A DNA stretch of 64,000 nucleotides, from IMG/VR virus record IMGVR_UViG_3300012953_000019, positions 32,001-96,000 of that record. One strand, given 5' to 3'. The stretch comes from a virus. Shown here one piece after another: positions 29,335 to 37,692 of this stretch. Numbering within the stretch: position 1 is the stretch's first letter; the number at the start of each line of letters is the position of its first letter. Below the pieces are notes generated by a model, which had not been told where the DNA came from, made no database searches, and saw only the letters and a program-made list of their open reading frames with translations. The position numbers and the translations under genes were made by a program.

Positions 29335-30171
29335 ATGGCCACAATCACATTAAGATCAGCTAAGGGTAGTCCCCTTACTAATACTGAGGTAGATAATAAC
29401 TTTACTAACCTCAATAACGATAAGTATGAAAGTGGTGACAATATCTCCGTAGCTGCCTTAACCGCTAGTGGCGATGTCACCCTAGGAGTCGCAACTGTTA
29501 CTGCCGCTGGTAGTACACAGGGAGATGCCCAAGCAATTACTAAAACTTACAATATTATTACTAGTGCTTCTGCCAATCAAGGTGTTAAATTACCTGACGC
29601 GGCAGCCGGACTAGTTATTAATGTCTACAACACATCTGGTGCAACTATTAAAGTTTATCCCGCTTCTGGTGATACTATTGATGGTGGAAGTGCTGATGCT
29701 CCTGTAGATGTTGTTACTGACAATGGCGCAGAATATGTAGGAACTTCTTCTGGCGCATGGAGAGCAGTTGGTTCTGGTGGTAATAACGTACAAGATTTTA
29801 CTGTTAATGGAACTGCAAGTCTTCTAGGAAATATTAAGTACGGAGTACAAACTGCAACTGCCGCTGGTACTACTCAGGGTGGTGGATTAGCAATTACTGA
29901 AACAGTAGTAGTTGTAACTGCAGGTTCTACTGATAACGGAGTTGTACTTCCTACTGCGGCTGCTGGACTTACTATCATTGTTCAAAACGCCACTACAACA
30001 GATTTTAAATTATATCCAAACACTTCAGATACCATTGATGGTGGTTCTGTTAATGCGGCAGTGACTTTGCCAGCTAAAACAACAGTTACAGTTACTTGTA
30101 AAGACTCAACTGATTGGCAAAGACATAGACCATTAGCAGTATATAATTCATCTGGTACATTGATTAACTAA
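29335..30171 (+). CDS. Tail-fibre-like virion protein with an internal duplication
   Basis: N-terminal LRSAKGSPLT..EVD.NF.NLN fibre motif and two copies of a LP.AAAGL.I.V.N.....K.YP...DTIDGGS domain. Confidence 0.7.
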   Translation: MATITLRSAKGSPLTNTEVDNNFTNLNNDKYESGDNISVAALTASGDVTLGVATVTAAGSTQGDAQAITKTYNIITSASANQGVKLPDAAAGLVINVYNTSGATIKVYPASGDTIDGGSADAPVDVVTDNGAEYVGTSSGAWRAVGSGGNNVQDFTVNGTASLLGNIKYGVQTATAAGTTQGGGLAITETVVVVTAGSTDNGVVLPTAAAGLTIIVQNATTTDFKLYPNTSDTIDGGSVNAAVTLPAKTTVTVTCKDSTDWQRHRPLAVYNSSGTLIN

Positions 30172-30182
30172 GAGGATTCACA

Positions 30183-31157
30183 ATGGCTGGCCCAATTACA
30201 CTAAAAGCAAGTTCGTACCCAGCATCTGCTAGTACAATTCAAGGCGTTAGGGAACTTACGACTGCTGAAATTAGAGATCATATTGCATATGTTATTACTA
30301 ATAAATTTGCAACCGATACCGATGGGACGGGCACTGCTGAATTACAAGTTATTACGGATGCTTTAGATACCGACTACACTGAAGTAGGAACTTTTACCAA
30401 TAGAGAAAGAACCGAAGCAGTGGGTACTCACCCAGCTGGTGGTGGCACGACTACTACCACATATAGAATCCAACAGAAAAATGCTGTAATTTCTGAAAGT
30501 GTTACCAGACCATTAAGATGGGATGATAAAAATATCGATGAAATGACTGACGGTCTTATCGATACAGAACTCTTAGATGAAGTTATTACTGCTATGGTAA
30601 CTGAAGATGCCAATACAGTTGGTCAATATCATATTAATACATCAACACCATCTGGTGGAACTTGGGCAGTAAGAGGTACCATTACAGAAACACAAGTTGA
30701 TGGAACTGATGTAGCATATAATCTGTATCAAAAAACTGCACCAACAACAGCTGCCGCTACCAATATAAACAGATTGTTAAAGAGTGATGGCACGGGTGGT
30801 CAAGCAGAAATGACCGATGCTGAAATGGAAACTCTTAACACAGCAATGAGAAATAGAATCATTAGTACTGGTATAGGAACTTATCTATTAAATAATGGTC
30901 AACCTTCTGCCGCCGGAACTTGGGCTCAGATGGGTTCAACAATGACCGACCAATTAAAAGATGTTACTTCACAAAACTATTCCGGAGACTATACAGGATC
31001 GTACACTGGTTACTATAACAGATTCTTTTCTGGATTTTTAAATGGTGCATATGCTGGTTCATACTCTGGTACATATACTGGAACTTATGCTGGCAACACA
31101 GTACAATCATCTAGTTCTACACAAGAAACAAAACAGTTGTTCGTAAGAACTGCTTAA
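30183..31157 (+). CDS. Virion structural or fibre-like protein with a C-terminal Tyr-Gly repeat
   Basis: 324 aa, Thr-rich, with YSGDYTGSYTGY...YAGSYSGTYTGTYAG near the end. Confidence 0.6.
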   Translation: MAGPITLKASSYPASASTIQGVRELTTAEIRDHIAYVITNKFATDTDGTGTAELQVITDALDTDYTEVGTFTNRERTEAVGTHPAGGGTTTTTYRIQQKNAVISESVTRPLRWDDKNIDEMTDGLIDTELLDEVITAMVTEDANTVGQYHINTSTPSGGTWAVRGTITETQVDGTDVAYNLYQKTAPTTAAATNINRLLKSDGTGGQAEMTDAEMETLNTAMRNRIISTGIGTYLLNNGQPSAAGTWAQMGSTMTDQLKDVTSQNYSGDYTGSYTGYYNRFFSGFLNGAYAGSYSGTYTGTYAGNTVQSSSSTQETKQLFVRTA

Positions 31158-31175
31158 AGAGTCTCTTTAAAGTGA

Positions 31176-31183
31176 TATAAATA
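31176..31183 (+). promoter_or_regulatory. Late promoter TATAAATA upstream of the chaperone-GT-oxygenase genes
   Basis: Exact consensus. Confidence 0.8.
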
Positions 31184-31185
31184 AT

Positions 31186-31216
31186 AAGGCAGAGCATACC
31201 ACTCTGCCTTTATTTT
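31186..31216 (+). terminator. Hairpin terminator overlapping the late-promoter start region
   Basis: AAGGCAGAG-catacca-CTCTGCCTT followed by TATTTT. Confidence 0.7.
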
Positions 31217-31233
31217 AATTATGAGGATATATA

Positions 31234-31695
31234 ATGTCAGATCAACCTAAGTACAAAAACCCAAAATGGATTAATAAAGAAGTACGCTCTTTAGAGTGTG
31301 AGATTCTTATGGGCGAAGAATATCAAAACTGTATTGTCAATGCTGGACCAGTAAAAGATGGATTTGTCAATAAAGACTTTGATGCAATTATGGAACTTAT
31401 TGGTGAAGAAGAAGTGGATCGTCTTACTGCAATAGAAGACGAAAAGAAACTAGCAGAAGAAGAAAAAAAGAAAGAACAAGCAGAAGTTCATAAAAATAGA
31501 ATTAAACAAGAAGCCTTGTTTGAAATGAAACTAGAAGCATTTGAAATTCCTATCATCAAAAACTCAAAAAATTCTGAAATGAAAAAGAATATCCGTAGAG
31601 CAAAATCTATTGTAGAAGTGCAGGCGTATTCAACGATACTAATTCAAGAAGAATTAACAGATAGTAATTTGAAGGAACTATTATCTAATGACTAA
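31234..31695 (+). CDS. Possible tail-fibre assembly chaperone (Tfa-like)
   Basis: The N-terminal KNPKWINKE..LECEI resembles the NPxW....IxCE start of Tfa-type chaperones, followed by a charged helix. Follows fibre genes. Confidence 0.45.
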   Translation: MSDQPKYKNPKWINKEVRSLECEILMGEEYQNCIVNAGPVKDGFVNKDFDAIMELIGEEEVDRLTAIEDEKKLAEEEKKKEQAEVHKNRIKQEALFEMKLEAFEIPIIKNSKNSEMKKNIRRAKSIVEVQAYSTILIQEELTDSNLKELLSND

Positions 31696-32404
31696 AGGCT
31701 ACGTTTATGTGGCTTCATTAAATAAAGATTATTATCGTGCCGCAAAGATGTCGGCAGAGTCTCTTAAAGATTTTTATCCAGAAGCAAATATAACACTGTT
31801 TACTCACGATGAATGGGTAACAGACGAAGACTATTTAATTTTCAATAACATCATAACCGAAGATGTTCCTGCTAATAACAGAGCAAAGTTATGGGCATTA
31901 TCACAAACACCATATGATTTGACTATGTATTTAGATTGTGATACGATGATTGAACATGAAGACATATCTACTATATTTGATTATATAGGCAATCATGATA
32001 TTATCTTTACTAAGAACAGACCATATAATGCAAAAATAACAAAGCTAAATGATACAGAAGAAATGATTTATCATTGTGGTGTGTTTTTATATAAAAAAAC
32101 TTCCAAAATAAAATCACTAATGGACAATTGGTACAAAGAATATTTGATACAAATTGATCCTGAATATTGTCTTGACCCTTATCCAGAAAAAGTAAGACCG
32201 TGGGACACATTTACTATGTGGTGGCTTTTAAATAAAACAAGTTTTAAAGATTTAATTAATGTAGGTGAATTTCCATTACCAGATGCCAGATGGAATTTTT
32301 GTATGGGTCAAAGACCAGAAGAATTGAAAGATAAAGATGTTATCATAAGACATTATACATTGAATAGGGTATTTGATTCAAATGAATATTATAGACAACC
32401 TTAA
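31688..32404 (+). CDS. GT-A fold glycosyltransferase (GT8-like)
   Basis: KLWALSQTPYD.TMYLDCDT (DxD), HCGVFLY, WDTFTM and RWNF motifs. Confidence 0.8.
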   Translation: MTKGYVYVASLNKDYYRAAKMSAESLKDFYPEANITLFTHDEWVTDEDYLIFNNIITEDVPANNRAKLWALSQTPYDLTMYLDCDTMIEHEDISTIFDYIGNHDIIFTKNRPYNAKITKLNDTEEMIYHCGVFLYKKTSKIKSLMDNWYKEYLIQIDPEYCLDPYPEKVRPWDTFTMWWLLNKTSFKDLINVGEFPLPDARWNFCMGQRPEELKDKDVIIRHYTLNRVFDSNEYYRQP

Positions 32405-33026
32405 TCCAGAACTAAAAAAGATGTTAGAAGATTGGCGAAAATGGTTTGATAAGCAAGATGATCATGATACAATCTTACCAGACCCGGGTAGAGATTTTGG
32501 ACATACTTTACAAACAGCAACGTCTTCTGACTATCTTGAAGAGGTAAGAAAAGAAAGCCATAAAGGCACACCAGAATGTGCCATAGTTACAGACTTTCAT
32601 GTAAGTCCGGGCTCTCCTAAAAAATATAGAGATTCTTCTTTAGAGTTGTGTACTAATGTTTGTGGTTTTTTAGGAGCAAAGTTTACTGCTGTTCACGCAT
32701 ATTATCCAACAAATGGATTTATGGGATGGCATTGCAATTGGGACACTCCTGGGTATAATATTTTGTTGAGTTATACTAAAAATGGAGAAGGATTCTTTAG
32801 ACATACTAAAGATTCTAGTATTAAAACGCTACAAGATACTCCTGGTTGGTCAGCAAAAGTTGGATACTTTGGAGGTAAAGATGAAGACTCATCTAAACAC
32901 GTTTGGCATTGTGCTGGTAGTACAGAACCAAGACATACATTAGGATTTGTTATACCAGATTTTAATATGTGGGAAATGATGTGTCAAGATATAGATGAAG
33001 ACTGGCGAAGAAGTTTATTTCCTTAA
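32382..33026 (+). CDS. 2OG-Fe(II) oxygenase-like protein
   Basis: YYPTNGFMGWHCNWD...GEGF...VWHCAG...R (His...His...Arg double-stranded beta-helix pattern). Start at 32382 is preferred. Confidence 0.65.
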   Translation: MNIIDNLNPELKKMLEDWRKWFDKQDDHDTILPDPGRDFGHTLQTATSSDYLEEVRKESHKGTPECAIVTDFHVSPGSPKKYRDSSLELCTNVCGFLGAKFTAVHAYYPTNGFMGWHCNWDTPGYNILLSYTKNGEGFFRHTKDSSIKTLQDTPGWSAKVGYFGGKDEDSSKHVWHCAGSTEPRHTLGFVIPDFNMWEMMCQDIDEDWRRSLFP

Positions 33027-33718
33027 AAGAACCCCTCTCTTTGTCCAATAATCATATAACGATCATAGACTTTTTTGCCATCCCATGAATAATATGTTTG
33101 TTGTTTAGTACCCTCATAGCCTACTTCTTCAATACCAACTTGGTCTTTCAATGCTTCTATTGAATTTACACAGTTAATACCATACATCTCTTCAACTACA
33201 TTACTATTCTGTACAGCTAAAATTGCTTGAGGATTCTTTGTTGTCAATTCTTTTAGTGGATACATCTGTTCTGTACACATACAGATAACTAGATCAACAT
33301 CAATCTTATTGAGATTTTCAAACTCAAATGGGACATCTAAATTCCAATGACGAATGTTGACAAACTTTTCTTGAGCATAATGTTTGTGAAAAATCTTTGA
33401 CAATTCAATTGACTCTTCATCAATATCTACAAGGTGTATTTGAGATACATCTATATTTTCACACAACAGAGGAACTATTGGAATACCTAACCAAGAGTTT
33501 AATATTAACACTCGCATAGAACCAGTCTTAGTATAATACTCTTCAATATACTCTTTAACTTCTTCTATTAACCACGTACTGGCTTCCATGTTATTACCTT
33601 CAAGAGATTGTCTAAAGTCAGCCAGCTTATGTGGCATTCTTTTTTCAATTACTGAAAGTGCTTCACCCCAATTCTTAAAGTTGTTTAGAAAGTTATAATT
33701 TAAATTAGAATTTGACAT
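33023..33718 (-). CDS. Class I SAM-dependent methyltransferase-like protein
   Basis: RVLILNSWLG (motif I-like), HLVDIDEE, DLVICMCTEQM and a terminal RYMIIG strand. The true start is probably MSNSN at 33718. Confidence 0.65.
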   Translation of the reverse strand: MSNSNLNYNFLNNFKNWGEALSVIEKRMPHKLADFRQSLEGNNMEASTWLIEEVKEYIEEYYTKTGSMRVLILNSWLGIPIVPLLCENIDVSQIHLVDIDEESIELSKIFHKHYAQEKFVNIRHWNLDVPFEFENLNKIDVDLVICMCTEQMYPLKELTTKNPQAILAVQNSNVVEEMYGINCVNSIEALKDQVGIEEVGYEGTKQQTYYSWDGKKVYDRYMIIGQREGFF

Positions 33719-34379
33719 CTTCACTTTTCCCCATTGAGTCAAAAATACATACATATGGTAAGTCTCTATACACATGAGTTTCAGTATCATGTGGATAAAC
33801 ATACCCTTGATTAAAACTATATACCCAACCAATTGGGAATAGTTTTGTCTTTACAATTCTTCTATTATAGAAAAAGTTATCTAGACCACGATAGTACCAT
33901 AATATTTGATTTTGATATTCATTAAAATATTCGATAATTTCATTACTATTTAGACTGTCATTCCAACGAAGAACTGACGAATTTAAATCAGTAAACTTGT
34001 GTGGAACATGGCGAGTGTCTTTATACTGTGTATCTAAATCATGCCACCAAGTCTTAACAAAACATAAGCAGTCTTCTGCATCAAAGTTTGCTATATCATC
34101 AATGTTCTTTTGCAGTATGGTATCTAAATCAAAGAACATTTTCTCTCCCCTTTGAGTAACAATAGTCTCATCGAAGAGGTACATTTTATTCCACCACTTC
34201 TCCAATTTGTTACCACCAGGCAATGACAGTATTTTAATTTTAGAATTTATATCTTTACTATCTTCAGTTAGACAATGAAATGTAAAATCCATACTCAAGT
34301 TTTCAAGACAACTTTCATATAGTTGATTGACATGAGATGCATTGTATTTTGTACCCCATTTTACAGTATAGATATTCAT
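33705..34379 (-). CDS. Glycosyltransferase (KWGxKY family, DxD)
   Basis: VKWGTKY, FHCLTED, WWNKMYLF, FFDLDTIL and NSSVLRW motifs. Confidence 0.8.
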   Translation of the reverse strand: MNIYTVKWGTKYNASHVNQLYESCLENLSMDFTFHCLTEDSKDINSKIKILSLPGGNKLEKWWNKMYLFDETIVTQRGEKMFFDLDTILQKNIDDIANFDAEDCLCFVKTWWHDLDTQYKDTRHVPHKFTDLNSSVLRWNDSLNSNEIIEYFNEYQNQILWYYRGLDNFFYNRRIVKTKLFPIGWVYSFNQGYVYPHDTETHVYRDLPYVCIFDSMGKSEDVKF

Positions 34380-35194
34380 TCGCCTCTCCAGTGTTTCAAG
34401 AGTTCTGGATGTGTTAAGTTATCTTGTTTTGTACTGCCTCTACTTGCATCTTCAAACGGAAGTAGATCAATATTGAATACACAGACAATACAGTTTTCTC
34501 TATACTTGGCTACATTCAAATCATCTTCTTCCCATGATCTACCCCTGTTCCAAGAGTATGCCATCCAGGATGGGAAATGATCCCACAAGTCTTCTCCGTA
34601 TCTACCCCATTTCCAGGAGTGATAATTATCAGTACCATCAGTATATGTAAACCAAATCTTTTCTTGATTTGCTAGTACGTCTTCCCATATACATTCACAT
34701 TGATCATCTGACCACGCTTTACATGAACCATTTGTATACGCTCCATGTGATAGTTTAAATCTTCTTGTTTGCATTGGTCTTGGGTCTTGCCACCAAGACT
34801 TCATCTTTGTAGGTCTTTCCATATTGTATGTAATTATAGGAGTTAGATCACCTTGAATAATTACGTCCAAATCGAAAAATATGAAGCGACCGTTAGGTTT
34901 GTCAGGAGCAAAATTATGAGTATTAAATACAAAAGTTTTTGCTCTGTCCCAACACCTTGCCATCCCGTACTTGAAATCTTCCGCACCAAACCAATACTTA
35001 GGATGAATGTTAGGAATATCAGGAAAATCAATAATAGTAACATCATCATCTATACCTTCTGCGTCATCAGTGTAGCAATAGAAATGAAACTCAAACTGGT
35101 CAGGAGTATTTCTTTTTGCCATATCTTTTAGTCTATTCACAAAATGGGGACCATATTTCGTACCCCATTTAGCACATATATAATTTACTCTCAT
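34376..35194 (-). CDS. Glycosyltransferase (KWGxKY family, DxD)
   Basis: CAKWGTKY, FYCYTDD, FFDLDVII and NGSCKAW motifs. Confidence 0.8.
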   Translation of the reverse strand: MRVNYICAKWGTKYGPHFVNRLKDMAKRNTPDQFEFHFYCYTDDAEGIDDDVTIIDFPDIPNIHPKYWFGAEDFKYGMARCWDRAKTFVFNTHNFAPDKPNGRFIFFDLDVIIQGDLTPIITYNMERPTKMKSWWQDPRPMQTRRFKLSHGAYTNGSCKAWSDDQCECIWEDVLANQEKIWFTYTDGTDNYHSWKWGRYGEDLWDHFPSWMAYSWNRGRSWEEDDLNVAKYRENCIVCVFNIDLLPFEDASRGSTKQDNLTHPELLKHWRGE

Positions 35195-37692
35195 CTACAT
35201 TTTCCACATTTTTTGGTGCATATATCTAGTGGCTTTCTTTTTAAATGCTCACTGATATTTGCAAAATCATTATTATGTATTACTTCACCTGTAGTAAACC
35301 CTGCTAGGTTATTATACTTCATATTGTAAGGATAGTCAATAGGGTGATATGGTAAAAGTTTATTTTCTACCACATCTCTTGCAATGAAGGCGCAAGGAAA
35401 AGCATTGCTAGATGAACCAATATAAAAGTATCCACTTTTTCTAGCATCGCACCACACTGGATCTTTTTCTTTCATTTTAGGTTTAGTTGTTCTTATTTCA
35501 TTTTTCTTTGCAAACTGCTTTAGAGTATGAAAGTCTATTGGTTTATCTTTTGCAATAGTATCTTCAATTTGATTCTCTTGTTCTGACTTTAACTCAGGCA
35601 ATACTTTTTGTATATGATCAACATATACAAGAGATTCTATATCACTAAATGTCTGTAAAGTTATAGTAATATTTTTGTCTTTTAGATACTTGCATATTTC
35701 TTCCAACTCTACACAGTTTACTGGGTCTGTTATCTCACACATAAAAGTTACCCAAGAAACTTTGTAACTATCGAATATATTTTTTATACTTTTTAGAGTG
35801 TGTTCATTGCCGTCTACAAAAATGTCATTGAACTCTATGTTCGTATCATTCTGGCGAGTACTTAATTGTATCAGTGCGCCATCTGGTTCTTCATCTTCAT
35901 ATAGACCACGATACAAATCACTGTATTGTTCTCCATGCATTTGAAAATACTTTATGAGTGTATTTGTATCATCATCTTTCTGATTCATGATAGAAAGTAA
36001 TTCTTCTTTGGGCATGATATTGTATAATCGCTCAAAGACTTTTTCATAATCTTCTTTGTAAAACAATTCTTTTAGATATTCAATATAATATTTTTTATAT
36101 AGTGATTGTATCTCATCCGAATCAGTGTCCCAAAAGATACACTGAATACCATGATCTACTACATTCTTCATAAAGTCTACTTTAATTGATGGTAAAGTAT
36201 TTTTATGCCACATTCTTCTATACAATGCGATTGCTTGTAGTCTAGTTATTTTCCAAAAGTATCTTACTGGTCCGTGTACTTTTACTTCTTCTGCTACGAC
36301 TTTGTGCATCTTAGAAATATATCTTTCTTTGTAGAAATCATATACTTCCATTACAGTCTTGTTCCAGTACAATGATTCGTCACCATTTACGAGTATTGAA
36401 TCGTCTGGATAATCAGCAATAAATTTCTTGTGCATAGAAATCATATCACCAGTTTCATAGAGTTCTCTTATAGTCTGTAAATGTATTGAATCTATTTGTC
36501 TAATAAATGTAGTATCTGATATTTCTCTTTCTAGTTCCGGAAGAGATTTCTTTATATCGTCTACATTACCAGTTAAGTGTGCATCTATCTCCGGAAAATC
36601 ATTTACGAATTTATTTACAAGAGACTGTAAATCATTGCTCTTTATAAGTGATTCGATATCTTCAACAACTTCTTTATTCATAAAACGATTCTCTAGCATT
36701 TCATCTGTCAGAGATTTCATTCCTAACCATTCTTTTAGGGTATTGAAATTCTTTGAGTACTGGTCCCAATCAGACTGTAAGCTAGGTAAATCTTTTGCAA
36801 ACTTTTTTTCTAGTGTATCGTAGTCTTTATTTGTGAGAAGATTCTCAATCTTAACCGTGTGCTTGTTTCTAGTAAAGAAGTTTTTAGGAAATTTAGGTAA
36901 CCACAACTTTTCAAATTCATCTTTGCCGTGCCAATGTATGAGTAGATTGTAGTTTTTTAATTCATGTGGCTTTACATTTTTACTTTTTTTATTTACTAAA
37001 TCTACATTGAATAGACAAAATTTGGCATTTTCTCTGTATAGTTGTTCTGTAGTATCATCGGGATATTGTTTACCTCTATTATAAGAGTACACCCAATCTA
37101 CTGGTAAGAAACTCCAGTAGTTATCACCCACTACTTGATGTTCTCTGTAGGGATAGTAATTATCTGTGCCTTTGTAGAATGTTTTAAATACAACATCTTT
37201 GTGTTGCATAACATCGTTATAAATCTTTTCTCCTTGATCAGTACACCATAACATTACACTTGAGTTATACAGTGACCCTCTTATATCTAAGAATCTTCTA
37301 TCAGAAGTTACTTCTGGATTTTCCCAGTTAGAATATATCATGTGAGGAGATTTGGCTAGCTGTTCTATATCATCTATGTTGTTTTGAATCACAACATCTA
37401 AATCTAAGTAGCAGAAGGGTCCTTTAGTTTTTAGCCATATATGAGAATTGAGCATGAGAAACTTGGCTCTATCCCAGCAATAATTTTCTTTACCAAACCA
37501 ATATCTTGGATGAAGTGGGTCAACATTAGGAATAGGTCGAGTAGTAATACCCTTGTTTATACCTTCTGGCTCATCTGTATAGCAGATAAATTTAAAACGC
37601 TTGGAGTAATTGCGCTTAACCATTCCATGAAGGTTGTTTACATAATCCGAGGTGTATTTGTTACCCCATTTTATGCATAGAAAATGCATCAT
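35191..37692 (-). CDS. Fusion: glycosyltransferase + helical repeats + degenerate radical SAM/SPASM-like domain
   Basis: N-terminal CIKWGNKY, ICYTDEP, YLDLDVVI and NSSVMLW; central I..L...D....KF..D.P repeats; C-terminal C-x15-AFPCA...CTKKCGKC. Confidence 0.7.
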   Translation of the reverse strand: MMHFLCIKWGNKYTSDYVNNLHGMVKRNYSKRFKFICYTDEPEGINKGITTRPIPNVDPLHPRYWFGKENYCWDRAKFLMLNSHIWLKTKGPFCYLDLDVVIQNNIDDIEQLAKSPHMIYSNWENPEVTSDRRFLDIRGSLYNSSVMLWCTDQGEKIYNDVMQHKDVVFKTFYKGTDNYYPYREHQVVGDNYWSFLPVDWVYSYNRGKQYPDDTTEQLYRENAKFCLFNVDLVNKKSKNVKPHELKNYNLLIHWHGKDEFEKLWLPKFPKNFFTRNKHTVKIENLLTNKDYDTLEKKFAKDLPSLQSDWDQYSKNFNTLKEWLGMKSLTDEMLENRFMNKEVVEDIESLIKSNDLQSLVNKFVNDFPEIDAHLTGNVDDIKKSLPELEREISDTTFIRQIDSIHLQTIRELYETGDMISMHKKFIADYPDDSILVNGDESLYWNKTVMEVYDFYKERYISKMHKVVAEEVKVHGPVRYFWKITRLQAIALYRRMWHKNTLPSIKVDFMKNVVDHGIQCIFWDTDSDEIQSLYKKYYIEYLKELFYKEDYEKVFERLYNIMPKEELLSIMNQKDDDTNTLIKYFQMHGEQYSDLYRGLYEDEEPDGALIQLSTRQNDTNIEFNDIFVDGNEHTLKSIKNIFDSYKVSWVTFMCEITDPVNCVELEEICKYLKDKNITITLQTFSDIESLVYVDHIQKVLPELKSEQENQIEDTIAKDKPIDFHTLKQFAKKNEIRTTKPKMKEKDPVWCDARKSGYFYIGSSSNAFPCAFIARDVVENKLLPYHPIDYPYNMKYNNLAGFTTGEVIHNNDFANISEHLKRKPLDICTKKCGKCR

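Noticed and set aside
33719-33832. ORF-track N-terminal extension of the methyltransferase
   Set aside because: Overlaps the upstream GT by over 100 nt. MSNSN at 33718, coupled to the GT stop, is the likelier start. Longer starts for gp59, gp4, iscU and the SGNH ORF were trimmed for similar reasons.
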